Positions 36,388 through 44,941 of a stretch of 64,000 bases of DNA are shown piece after piece. The notes under the pieces are model-generated. The model ran no database searches and was not told where the DNA came from. It saw only the letters and a program-made list of their open reading frames with translations. Position numbers and translations under genes: made by a program. The stretch lies in contig CBDBGH010000003.1 in the NCBI GenBank assembly GCA_965205265.1, positions 704,001 through 768,000 on the forward strand, read 5' to 3'. Position 1 is the stretch's first letter, and each line of letters opens with the position of its first letter. The DNA comes from Alphaproteobacteria bacterium. Its GTDB lineage: Bacteria; Pseudomonadota; Alphaproteobacteria; Bin95.

Positions 36388-36828
36388 ATGGATGGATCGA
36401 AGAACGGGCCGGCGGGCGCGCTGCGGCGGCCGGGACGGGGCCGCCCGGTCGGCGAGGAGCTGCGGAGCAGGGCGGTGGCGGCAGTGGTGGAGGAGGGCAT
36501 GAGCGCGTCGGCCGCGGCCCGGCGGTTCGGGACGGCGACGTCCAGCGTCTGCCGCTGGGTGCAGCGCTTCCGCGAGCAGGGCCATGTGCGGCGCGAGCGC
36601 ATGGGCGGCAGCATCTCGCGGATCGAGCCGGAGAGCGAGCGCATTTTCCGCATTCTGGAGGCGCGCCCGGCGATTTCCATGTACGAACTGCGCGACGCGC
36701 TCGCCGCCGAGGGGCTGGTCTTCCACCCGGCCACGGTGCAGAACTTTCTGAAGCGCCACGGCCTGGAGCGCGCCCGCCGCCTCGCCCGCCCCCGGCGGAA
36801 GCAGCGGAAGCGGTGGACCGAACGGTAG
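36388..36828 (+). CDS. IS630 transposase-derived double-HTH protein lacking the DDE domain
   Basis: AGGAGG RBS; ELRSRAVAAVVEEGMSASAAARRFGTATSSVCRWVQRFREQG...PAISMYELRDALAAEG...ATVQNFLKRHG resembles IS630 OrfA; no catalytic ORF follows. Confidence 0.8.
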   Translation: MDGSKNGPAGALRRPGRGRPVGEELRSRAVAAVVEEGMSASAAARRFGTATSSVCRWVQRFREQGHVRRERMGGSISRIEPESERIFRILEARPAISMYELRDALAAEGLVFHPATVQNFLKRHGLERARRLARPRRKQRKRWTER

Positions 36829-36863
36829 GGCCGCAGCCCGCGCTTCTCCCTCCTGCCCCTCTA

Positions 36864-36977
36864 ACTCCCCTCCCGCCCGGCGGAAGGGGCCGGGTGGGGG
36901 CCTCGCGGCTTGAGCAGACGGCGGCCTGGCGGTCGGCCCCCTTACCCATCCTCTCCCCCGCAAGCGGGGAGAGGGGA
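36864..36977. repeat. Inverted pair of CCCTCTCCC-N-GGGAGAGGG type REP-like elements
   Basis: Degenerate CTCCCCTCCCGCCCGGCGGAAGGGGCCGGGTGGGGG and CCCCCTTACCCATCCTCTCCCCCGCAAGCGGGGAGAGGGG. Confidence 0.7.
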
Positions 36978-37029
36978 TTTGCGTCGGAATGTCCGGCATG
37001 GCAGAGTCCGCCGGCAACCGGAGACCGGC

Positions 37030-37275
37030 ATGGCCACAGTTTTCGACACGCTCACCGCGGCCCGCGAACTCGAAGACGCGGGATTGAAACGCGAACATGC
37101 GGAAGCCGTCGCAAAGGTTGCGGGCGAAGCTGCCGAGGCCGGCCGTAATGAGTTGGCGACCAAGGCGGACCTTTACCAGGCGCTCTACAAGTTTGCGGTC
37201 GGAATTGTGATTGCAAATGCCGGCGTCGCCATCGCAATCGTCTTCGCCTTGTCGAAAGTGCTGGCCGCGGAATAG
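37030..37275 (+). CDS. Short DUF1640/CCDC90-like coiled-coil membrane-anchored protein
   Basis: FDTLTAARELEDAGLKREHAEAV head, LATKADL neck motif, C-terminal hydrophobic helix. Confidence 0.8.
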   Translation: MATVFDTLTAARELEDAGLKREHAEAVAKVAGEAAEAGRNELATKADLYQALYKFAVGIVIANAGVAIAIVFALSKVLAAE

Positions 37276-37474
37276 GGGCATCCGCCCACGCCTCCGCCGC
37301 TTCCGCCGGACGGCCGCAATGGGTTACCTGGAACAAGTCCGGGTACGGCGGAGGGGGGCTGCGGCGCGAGGCCCCGCTCGGGGGCCGGGGCGACGGTACA
37401 GAGCCGTCGCTATGGGTTCGGATTAATGACCGCTGACATTATTTCCGGAATTGCGAACAAGCGTCGAGCATCGG

Positions 37475-37678
37475 TCACGATCCGCGAAGCGCGCCGCCTG
37501 CGTTTGCAGCCTTCGCCCGTTCGAAATGGCGCAGCGCGGTTTCGAACTTGTCGCGGCAGCCGGGGTTGCAGAAGCCGACGACGCGGCCGTCGAATTCGAT
37601 GAGCGAGTCGGCCTGCACCGGCTTGCCGGACCAGGGGCAGGTTTCGTTGACGCAGTCGGAAATATCGAGAGCGCGCAT
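37475..37678 (-). CDS. Small YHS/TRASH-like Cys-rich protein
   Basis: CVNETCPWSGKPV...VGFCNPGCRDKF; AGGAGG RBS upstream. Confidence 0.8.
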   Translation of the reverse strand: MRALDISDCVNETCPWSGKPVQADSLIEFDGRVVGFCNPGCRDKFETALRHFERAKAANAGGALRGS

Positions 37679-37705
37679 GCCGGGCTCCTCCTTTGTTGAG
37701 ACGGT

Positions 37706-38623
37706 TCAGCCGTCCGGCATTTCCCGGAGCAGGGCCCTGACGACGCGGGCGGCGTTGCCGGCCGCGAGGCGGAAGAACACTTCCAGCCTGTTCGCCTGCC
37801 CGCTGCCGCCGGCAAGGTCCGACAGGCTGCGGATGGCGATGAAGGGCACGTCGTTCGCCCACGCGACATGGGCGACGGCCGCGCTCTCCATGTCGAGCAC
37901 GCGCGCGCCGAAGGTGCGGAAGGCGTAGTCGCGGAACGCCGCATTGTCGATGAAGGCGCCGCCCGATACGCCCGAGCCGCCGATCACGATCTTCGGGGCC
38001 TGCGGCAGGCATTCGTCCTCCCCGGCGCAGCGTTCGAGCTCGACGCCCGCCGCCGCCTGCCTGGCCCGGGCGAGCATCGTTTCGTCCACCGGGAACCAGA
38101 AGCGCGTTTCGGGCCCGGCCGCGCCGGCGCGGGCCACGGCGACGGACCGCGGGAACATCATGCCGAAATTGGCATAGGGGTATTCGAAGAAGGGCGGTTT
38201 CTCCCAGCCCTCCCCGGCCTGCCGCGCAAAGACGGCTTCGAGATACTGCCCCCAGCGCCCGGCGACGACGACATCGCCTATGTCGAGGGCCGGATCGACG
38301 CCGCCGGCGATGCCGGAAAAGACGATCCGGTCGATGGGGAAGCGGTCCAGCGCAAGCTGCACGGTCATGGCCGCATTGACCATGCTGATGCCGCTGAGGA
38401 AGAGCACGACCTTGCGGCCTTCGAGCCGGCCCGTGACGAACTCCACGCCGTTCACGGACTGCGAGGCGGCGTCCTCAAGCTCCGCCCGCAACACGGCCAT
38501 CTCCGGCGGGAAGGCCGAAACGACGGCCGTCAGCCCGGTTTCGCCGCCGGCCGGATGCGCGGCCGCCGACCAGAGCCCGGCAGCCAGAACCAGGGCGAAC
38601 GCCCCCAGCTTGCGCAGCAGCAG
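37706..38623 (-). CDS. MTA/SAH nucleosidase family protein with signal peptide (start uncertain)
   Basis: LSGISMVNAA, VFSGIAGG, VLDMESAAVAHV, IRSLSDLAGG; N-terminal RKLGAFALVLAAGLWSAAAHPA. Confidence 0.85.
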   Translation of the reverse strand: MLLRKLGAFALVLAAGLWSAAAHPAGGETGLTAVVSAFPPEMAVLRAELEDAASQSVNGVEFVTGRLEGRKVVLFLSGISMVNAAMTVQLALDRFPIDRIVFSGIAGGVDPALDIGDVVVAGRWGQYLEAVFARQAGEGWEKPPFFEYPYANFGMMFPRSVAVARAGAAGPETRFWFPVDETMLARARQAAAGVELERCAGEDECLPQAPKIVIGGSGVSGGAFIDNAAFRDYAFRTFGARVLDMESAAVAHVAWANDVPFIAIRSLSDLAGGSGQANRLEVFFRLAAGNAARVVRALLREMPDG

Positions 38624-38759
38624 TGACGCGCTTGCGGTCCGTTCGTCGCCCCGAAGTCCGCCGGTCGCCGTCCGCGAGCCTGGCGCATGCGCACATGTCG
38701 TTCGGACTTGCGTCCGCTGCACCCACCGGACGAGCCGCACCGGACTCCACGCCCCTTTC

Positions 38760-38897
38760 GTCACCCCGGCCTTGAGCCGGGGTCCATCCATGACTCGCGA
38801 TGTCGCCGCAGCCGGCGGAAAGAAGGCGGAGCCGCTGAGGCCGCCGCCAGAGCCGGAGCTGGACCCCGGATCTCCGCTTCGCTCCGTCCGGGGTGAC
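38760..38897. repeat. Inverted pair of GTCACCCCGG-type REP-like elements
   Basis: GTCACCCCGGCCTTGAGCCGGGGTCCA (38760-38786) ... TGGACCCCGGATCTCCGCTTCGCTCCGTCCGGGGTGAC (38860-38897). Confidence 0.8.
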
Positions 38898-39012
38898 GGA
38901 TAGGGAGCAGGCAATGCGAAACCACCGCAGACAGGCGGGTGTGTCCAGCAGGCCCCGGGGCCGCGGTGACGGCTGCGTTTCGACTTGCGGCGCAACACGA
39001 CCGGTCTCGGCG

Positions 39013-39744
39013 CTAACCGGCCGCGGCCACCATGAGGCGGCCCTCGACGCCGTGGCGGGCGATCAGGCTGGCGACCAGGCCGCTCGTCTTGGCCTCCTCC
39101 ACGAACTCGGCGACGAAGGCGGCGGCGGATTCGGGCCGCGAGCGCGGCACGCCGATGGCCTGCTGCACGGCGGAGAACCGGCCGTCCAGTATGCGCGCGC
39201 CGGGCAGCTTCTCGACATCGCCGATCAGCCCCGGACGCAGGCCGGCAAGCGCGTCCAGGCCTTCGTCCACGAACAGCTGGAAGGCCGCGCCGAGGCCCTG
39301 CGCCAGCACCAGCTCAGCATGCTCGATGTTGCGCGAGAGCCAGAGCTCGTAGGCGCTGCGGGCCGAAACCGCGATGCGGATTCCGGGCCGGTCCACCTCC
39401 GCGACCGACCGGATCGGCGAGCCCGGCGGCACCATGTAGGTCGCCTCGATTTCGGAATAGGCAAGCGTGAAGGCGATCTTCTCCGCCCGCTGCGGCTCGG
39501 CGCCGATGTTCCCGATATCCCAGACATCGTCCGCGGCCGCGTCCGCCAGCTCGCCGGGGGTGGGGAAGGGCACCATCTTCACCGGCACGCCCAGCCGCTC
39601 AGCCAGCGCGCGCGCCATGTCGGGCGAGACGCCGTCCGGGTCGCCGGACTCCGTGCGGCCGGTGACGAGCAGGAAATTCGACATGTTGATGCCGGCGCGC
39701 AGCACGCCGGTCGGGGCAAGCTGTTCGGCGATGTTTTCTGGCAT
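39013..39744 (-). CDS. Solute-binding-protein-like (PBP2, family 3) protein without a clear signal peptide
   Basis: LAPTGVLRAGIN, EVDRPGIRIAV, SAYELWL, RILDGRF motifs. Confidence 0.8.
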   Translation of the reverse strand: MPENIAEQLAPTGVLRAGINMSNFLLVTGRTESGDPDGVSPDMARALAERLGVPVKMVPFPTPGELADAAADDVWDIGNIGAEPQRAEKIAFTLAYSEIEATYMVPPGSPIRSVAEVDRPGIRIAVSARSAYELWLSRNIEHAELVLAQGLGAAFQLFVDEGLDALAGLRPGLIGDVEKLPGARILDGRFSAVQQAIGVPRSRPESAAAFVAEFVEEAKTSGLVASLIARHGVEGRLMVAAAG

Positions 39745-39796
39745 GGGGTGCGGGGTTCCTTCGTGTCTTCGGTTCCGGTTCGGGGGCGGCGGCCGG

Positions 39797-41020
39797 TCAG
39801 ACGGCGCCCTTGTCGCGCAGCGCCGCCACCTCGCCGCCGGAGAGGCCGAGCCAGTCCGACAGCACCTCGTCGGTGTGCTGGCCGAGCGTGGGCGAGCATT
39901 CGACCGGCACGTCGTTGCCGGACATCTTCACCGGCCAGCCCGGCATCAGGAAATCGCCGCGCTCGGGATGCTTCACGGTCTGGAAGATACCGCGCGCGCG
40001 CATGTCCTCGCTGTCGGAAAGCTCCTTGGAATCGAACACAGCACCCACCGGCACGCCGGCCGCTCCGATGGCCTCCATCGCCTCTTCCTTGCTGCGCTGC
40101 GAGGTCCAGGCGGTGATGGCCTCGTCGAGGTCCTTCTGGTTGGCGGAGCGCGCGGGCGCGGTGGCGAAGCGGGGGTCGTCCTTCAGCTCCGGCCTGCCGA
40201 TCACCTCGCAAAGCCGCTCCCAGTGGAGGTTCGAGGCCCGCGTCGTGTAGATATAGACATAGTCGTTAGGCCCGCCCGGCGCGCAGAGGAAGACGTCCGA
40301 AGGCGCGCTGCCGGCCATGATGACCTCGTTGCCGCGCCGGGGGGCGGCCTCGCCGGTCGTCGCCTGCACGGCGTAGGCGAGCCGGCAGTAGTTTATCATC
40401 GCGTCCTGCATCGCGACCTCGATATGCTGGCCCTTGCCGGTGCGCCCGCGCTGGTAGAGCGCGCCCAGGATGGAGATCGCCATGTGCAGGCCGGTGCCGG
40501 TGTCGCCGATGGTGGGGCCGGGATTGATCGGCCGCCCGTCCGGGTCGCCGGTGATCGCCATGACGCCGCCGACCGCCTTGCCGATCATGTCGAAGGACAG
40601 GAACTTCTCGTAGGGCCCGCCGCGCGCGAAGCCCTTGACCTGGGCGTAGATGATGCGCGGGTTGATCTCCTTCGCGACATCGTAGCCGAGGCCGAGGCGC
40701 TCGATCGCGCCCGGGGCGAAATTCTCGATCATCACGTCGGCCTCGGCGATCATGGCCTTCACCGTCTCCAGCCCTTCCGGGCTCTTCAGGTTGACGGTGA
40801 CGCTCTTCTTGTTCGCGTTCAGCAGCATGAAATAGTAGCTGTCCACGCCCGGCCGGTCGGTGGAGGCGAAGCGGCCCTGCTCGCCGGAGCCGGGCCGCTC
40901 GACCTTGACCACGTCGGCGCCGAGCCAGGCCAGCGCCTCGGTGCAGGACGGGCCGGCTTCGAATTGCGTCAGGTCGAGCACGCGGACGCCCGCAAGGGCG
41001 CGGTTGCTGTCGTCGGTCAT
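39797..41020 (-). CDS. Formyl-CoA transferase-like class III CoA-transferase
   Basis: LDLTQFEAGPSCT, YFMLLNANKKS, ENFAPGA, IGDTGTG active-site Asp. Confidence 0.88.
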   Translation of the reverse strand: MTDDSNRALAGVRVLDLTQFEAGPSCTEALAWLGADVVKVERPGSGEQGRFASTDRPGVDSYYFMLLNANKKSVTVNLKSPEGLETVKAMIAEADVMIENFAPGAIERLGLGYDVAKEINPRIIYAQVKGFARGGPYEKFLSFDMIGKAVGGVMAITGDPDGRPINPGPTIGDTGTGLHMAISILGALYQRGRTGKGQHIEVAMQDAMINYCRLAYAVQATTGEAAPRRGNEVIMAGSAPSDVFLCAPGGPNDYVYIYTTRASNLHWERLCEVIGRPELKDDPRFATAPARSANQKDLDEAITAWTSQRSKEEAMEAIGAAGVPVGAVFDSKELSDSEDMRARGIFQTVKHPERGDFLMPGWPVKMSGNDVPVECSPTLGQHTDEVLSDWLGLSGGEVAALRDKGAV

Positions 41021-41049
41021 GGTCGTTCGCTCGCTGGTCGGTCGTTCGG

Positions 41050-41574
41050 TCAGTCGTCCTGGGGCCGGAGGCTTTCCCTGAAGCGGGCCCGGTTGTCCAC
41101 ATACCACCGGTTCTGCTCGGCGAAGAAGGCGGACATCTCCGGCGTCACCTGCCGGACGACCCTGCCGGGAATGCCGACCACCAGGGAGTTGTCGGGAATC
41201 TCGGCGTTCTCGCGCACCATCGCCTTGGCGGCGACCAGGCAATTGCTGCCGATCTTGGCGCCGTTCAGCACCACCGCGCCGATGCCGATCACGCTGTTGT
41301 CGCCGACGATGCAGCCATGCAGCATCGCCATGTGGCCGACGGTGACATTGCGGCCGAGCACGAGCGGCGCGCCGGGGTCGGTGTGCAGCACAGAGCCGTC
41401 CTGGATGTTGGTCTCCTCGCCCACCTCGATGGGCTCGCAGTCGCCGCGCAGCACCGCGTTCCACCAGATCGAGGCGTTGCGCAGCACGCGCACGCTGCCG
41501 ATGCACACCGCGTTCGGCGCAATGAAGGCGCTCTCATGCGCCTCCACCCGCCGGTCTTCGAGGATGTATTTCAT
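41050..41574 (-). CDS. Gamma carbonic anhydrase family protein
   Basis: AVLRGD, TNIQDGSVLH, VTVGHMAMLHGC hexapeptide repeats. Confidence 0.92.
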   Translation of the reverse strand: MKYILEDRRVEAHESAFIAPNAVCIGSVRVLRNASIWWNAVLRGDCEPIEVGEETNIQDGSVLHTDPGAPLVLGRNVTVGHMAMLHGCIVGDNSVIGIGAVVLNGAKIGSNCLVAAKAMVRENAEIPDNSLVVGIPGRVVRQVTPEMSAFFAEQNRWYVDNRARFRESLRPQDD

Positions 41575-41620
41575 GGGCCGGCATTAGAGCGGGCGAGGGC
41601 GGGGGGCGCAAGCGGGCGGG

Positions 41621-41745
41621 CGGCGGCGTTTCCGGCTTGACGCGCGCGCCCTTCAGGAGTGGGACCAGGGCCGGCGCGGGTGTTGCTCACCGTCATCGAC
41701 CGGGAGCCCGAGGCCGTGGTCAGGGCGCTCGGCGAGGAGGGAAAT
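41621..41745 (+). pseudogene. Relic of an XRE-HTH (HigA/YiaG-like) antitoxin gene
   Basis: RFRLDARALQEWDQGRR in one frame continues as ARVLLTVIDREPEAVVRAL in a shifted frame; no start or N-terminus. Confidence 0.7.
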
Positions 41746-41925
41746 GAAGGACGGACGGGGCGTTCCCCAGCGTCATGAGCAACACGCCGCCGGCATGAGC
41801 GGCGCGTTGGCGGTTGCGGGAGCGGGGATGCACAGGCGGAATGGCGTAGACAAGCAAATTGCATTCGACGGCTTTGGCCGCACGCCCCTATGGTATAGGG
41901 ATTGGGCGTTGGAGGGAGAGACGGC

Positions 41926-42114
41926 ATGAGCGCCGAAACCGAACAGTTCGCGACCAAAGCCGATCTGGCGTCTCTCGAGACGCGGATGGTCGACCGGATG
42001 GGGCAGCTTGAGGCGCGGCTGATGCGGGACATCGCCAATCATGACTGGCGGATGATCGGCGCAATGATCGCTATTGTCAGCGTGGCTGTCGCGGCGCTGA
42101 AATTGATTCCCTGA
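41926..42114 (+). CDS. Short DUF1640/CCDC90-like coiled-coil membrane-anchored protein
   Basis: GGAGGGAG RBS; FATKADLASLETRM...LEARL...WRMIGAMIAIVSVAVAALKLIP. Confidence 0.75.
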   Translation: MSAETEQFATKADLASLETRMVDRMGQLEARLMRDIANHDWRMIGAMIAIVSVAVAALKLIP

Positions 42115-42194
42115 AAGAGCGCGCCTCACGACCGATGCGCCGAATCGTCCGGCGAGGGTCCGGGGCGGCCCCCCGTTTCTGCGGGAGCGCCGGG

Positions 42195-43397
42195 TCAGCC
42201 GCCCACGATGTTGTGCTCCGGCCCGTAGGGGAAGCCGGTGATGTTCTCGGCCCCGTCCTCCGTCACCACCAGGATGTCGTGTTCGCGGTAGCCGCCGGCG
42301 CCGGGGCGGTCTTCGGGGATGGCGATCATCGGCTCCATGGATAGCACCATGCCGGGCTCCAGCACGGTTTCCACGTCCTCGCGCAGCTCCAGCCCGGCCT
42401 CGCGGCCGTAATAGTGGGAGAGCACGCCGAAGCTGTGGCCGTAGCCGAAGGTGCGATTTTCCAGCAGGCCGTAGCCTTGGTAGATGGCGTTGAGTTCGGC
42501 GGTGATGTCGCAGCAGCGCGCGCCGGGGCGGATGAGCGCAAGGCCCGCCTCATGCACTTCGACATTGATCCGCCAGAGCCTCAGATGCTCGTCGGAGCAC
42601 TCTTCGGCGAACAGCGTGCGTTCGAGCGCGGCGTAGTAGCCGGCCATCATCGGGAAGCAGTTGAGCACCATGATGTCGCCGCGTTCGATCCGCCGCGAGG
42701 TGACAGGGTTGTGCGCGCCGTCGCTGTTGGGGCCGGACTGGAGCCAGGACCATGTGTCCATGAGCTCGACATGCGGCTGGCTGCGGGCGATCTCGCGCAC
42801 CATGGCCTGCGTCGCCCGGAGCGCCACCTCATGCTCCGGCACGCCGACGGCGATGGCCTCGACGGCCGCCGCCCCGCCGATGTCGGCGATGCGCGCGCCC
42901 TCCTTGATCCAGGCGATCTCCTCCGCGGACTTCACCATGCGCATGGCCATGGCGGGCTTGCCGGCATCGACCAGCTCCGAGGTCGGCAGCGCGCCCTGCA
43001 GCTTGCGGAAGTTCTCGACGGTCAGATGGTCGAACTCGACGCCGACCCGCCGCCCGTCCGGGATGAGCGTCTTCACGGCGGCGAAATAGTTGTCCCGGTG
43101 CCAGTCGGTATAGACGAGATTGTTCCCGAAGGTCCGGCGCCCCGGCTGGCCGCCGTCCACATTCGGCGTGATCGTCGTCTGGCCGTCATGCGTGACGACG
43201 AGGCCGAAGGGGCGGCCGAAGGCGCAATAGAGGAAGTCGCTGAAATAATTGACGTTGTGATGGGAGGTGAACAGGCAGGCGTCGATCCGCTGCTCCGCCA
43301 TATGGGCGCGCAGCGCGGCGAGCCGGCGCTCCATCTCGGCAGCGGAGAATGTGGGGACGGCCTTCGCGCCGCCCCGGATCGTCTTGAGCTGTTCCAT
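42195..43397 (-). CDS. Creatinase (creatine amidinohydrolase, M24 fold)
   Basis: PTFSAAEMERR, FLYCAFGRP, YTDWHRDNY, QSGPNSDGAHNPVT, FGYGHSFG, GAGGYREHDIL, FPYGPEHNI. Confidence 0.92.
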   Translation of the reverse strand: MEQLKTIRGGAKAVPTFSAAEMERRLAALRAHMAEQRIDACLFTSHHNVNYFSDFLYCAFGRPFGLVVTHDGQTTITPNVDGGQPGRRTFGNNLVYTDWHRDNYFAAVKTLIPDGRRVGVEFDHLTVENFRKLQGALPTSELVDAGKPAMAMRMVKSAEEIAWIKEGARIADIGGAAAVEAIAVGVPEHEVALRATQAMVREIARSQPHVELMDTWSWLQSGPNSDGAHNPVTSRRIERGDIMVLNCFPMMAGYYAALERTLFAEECSDEHLRLWRINVEVHEAGLALIRPGARCCDITAELNAIYQGYGLLENRTFGYGHSFGVLSHYYGREAGLELREDVETVLEPGMVLSMEPMIAIPEDRPGAGGYREHDILVVTEDGAENITGFPYGPEHNIVGG

Positions 43398-43521
43398 CGC
43401 GGTTATCCCGAGCCTCGGTGAGCCGGCGGAGTGCAGCATGTTCGGGGCTTGCGGCAAAGGGGCCTCGACAAGTGCGGCCGCTGCTGCCATGCCGGCGCTT
43501 TGCCGCAGGGGGACGGGCCGG

Positions 43522-44724
43522 ATGCTGGACGAGTTCAACGGCGCGCGGATGGGGCATGCCGCGGGGCCCCGTCGCAGCGGGGACGCCGCAGACCGTGTGC
43601 TGACCGCCGCCGGTTTCGCGGACGCAGCGGCGGAGATTGCCGCGTGGGAGGGCTATGCGCCGACGCCGCTGTTCGGGCTGGACGGGCTCGCGGGCGCTCT
43701 CGGCCTCGCAAAGGTGCTCTACAAGGACGAGGGGCCGCGCTTCGGCCTCGGCAGCTTCAAGGCGCTGGGCGGGGCCTATGCGGCGCTGCTGGTGCTGCGG
43801 CGGGAGATCGCGGCGGCGCTCGGGCGGCCCGTCCCGCCGGCGGAAGTCCGCGAGGGCAGGCATGCGGACCTCGCGTCCCGGATCACGCTGGTGACGGCGA
43901 CGGACGGCAATCACGGGCGCTCGCTCGCCTGGGGCTGCCGGCGCTTCGGGGCCGCCTGCCGCATCTATATCCATGCCGGGGTGAGCGGGGCCCGCGCCGA
44001 GGCCATGCGCGCGCTCGGCGCGGAGGTCGTGCGGATCGACGGCAATTACGACGACTCGGTCAGGCTCTCCCGCGAGGAGGCGGAGGCGAACGGATGGTTC
44101 GCCGTCTCCGACACCTCCTGGCCCGGCTACACGGAGACGCCGCGCGATGTGATGGCGGGCTATGGCGCGATGGTGAAAGAGGTGTGCGATGCGCTCGACC
44201 GGCCGCCGACCCATGCCTTCCTGCAGGCGGGCGTGGGCGAGCTGGCGGCGGCCGTCGCCGCGGGCCTCCGCCAGCACTGGGGCGGGGCGTCGCCGCGCAT
44301 CGTCGTGGTGGAGCCGGAGCTTGCCGCCTGCCTGTTCGCAAGCGCGCGCGCCGGCGGCATGACGGATATCCGCATCGAGGAGGAGACGCTGATGGCGGGC
44401 CTCTCCTGCGGCGAGCCTTCGGCGCTGGCCTGGGAGATCCTGGCGGAAGAGGCGGGCGACTTCCTGACCGTGCCCGAGGCGTTCGTCGGCCCCGCCATGC
44501 GCCTGCTCGCCCGCCCGCTCGGCGGCGACCCGAAGATCGAGGCCGGCGAAAGCGCCGTCGCCGGTCTCGCAGCCCTCATCGCCGCCGCGCGGAGCGTCAC
44601 GCTGCGCCGCGCTCTCGGCCTGGACGGGGAGTCCCGCGTCCTGCTGATCGGCTCCGAAGGCGCGACCGACCCGGAGAGCTATGCCGAGATCATGGCCGCC
44701 GGCAGTGGGGGCGCGACAGCCTGA
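43522..44724 (+). CDS. dpaL: Diaminopropionate ammonia-lyase (PLP, fold type II)
   Basis: YKDEGPRFGLGSFKALGG, ATDGNHGR, VSDTSWPGY, TLMAGLSCGEPS, SEGATDP. Confidence 0.88.
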   Translation: MLDEFNGARMGHAAGPRRSGDAADRVLTAAGFADAAAEIAAWEGYAPTPLFGLDGLAGALGLAKVLYKDEGPRFGLGSFKALGGAYAALLVLRREIAAALGRPVPPAEVREGRHADLASRITLVTATDGNHGRSLAWGCRRFGAACRIYIHAGVSGARAEAMRALGAEVVRIDGNYDDSVRLSREEAEANGWFAVSDTSWPGYTETPRDVMAGYGAMVKEVCDALDRPPTHAFLQAGVGELAAAVAAGLRQHWGGASPRIVVVEPELAACLFASARAGGMTDIRIEEETLMAGLSCGEPSALAWEILAEEAGDFLTVPEAFVGPAMRLLARPLGGDPKIEAGESAVAGLAALIAAARSVTLRRALGLDGESRVLLIGSEGATDPESYAEIMAAGSGGATA

Positions 44725-44741
44725 TCGTCATTGCGGATCGG

Positions 44742-44927
44742 CTAACCGATAGCGGCGTCCGGCTCGTAAGCGTCGGGGTCGAACACATCGAACGCGCCCG
44801 CCTCTACCTCTCGCTTGGCGGCTTCGAGGTCCGCCTTCAATAAATCGAATTGATATGCGCCGTCCCGCTCCATCGCCAGACGAACGCCGGCGCGCTTCGA
44901 ACTGTTCATATTCCTGTATTTCTCCAT
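44742..44927 (-). pseudogene. Orphan, probably N-truncated ParD-like (RHH) antitoxin
   Basis: KYRNMNSSKRAGVRLAMERD...LKADLEAAKREVEAG resembles the ParD GxYxxxSExxRxxLRL motif; no adjacent toxin. Confidence 0.5.
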
Positions 44928-44941
44928 ACCGGGAACCCGCG

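Noticed and set aside
37318-37474. Lone degenerate REP half (TTACCTGGAACAAGTCCGGGTA) and a short AT-richer patch
   Set aside because: Too decayed to define boundaries or a product
41012-41058. Degenerate (GTCG/TTCG)n tetranucleotide run between the gamma-CA and CoA-transferase genes
   Set aside because: Short and imperfect; not a credible phase-variable tract
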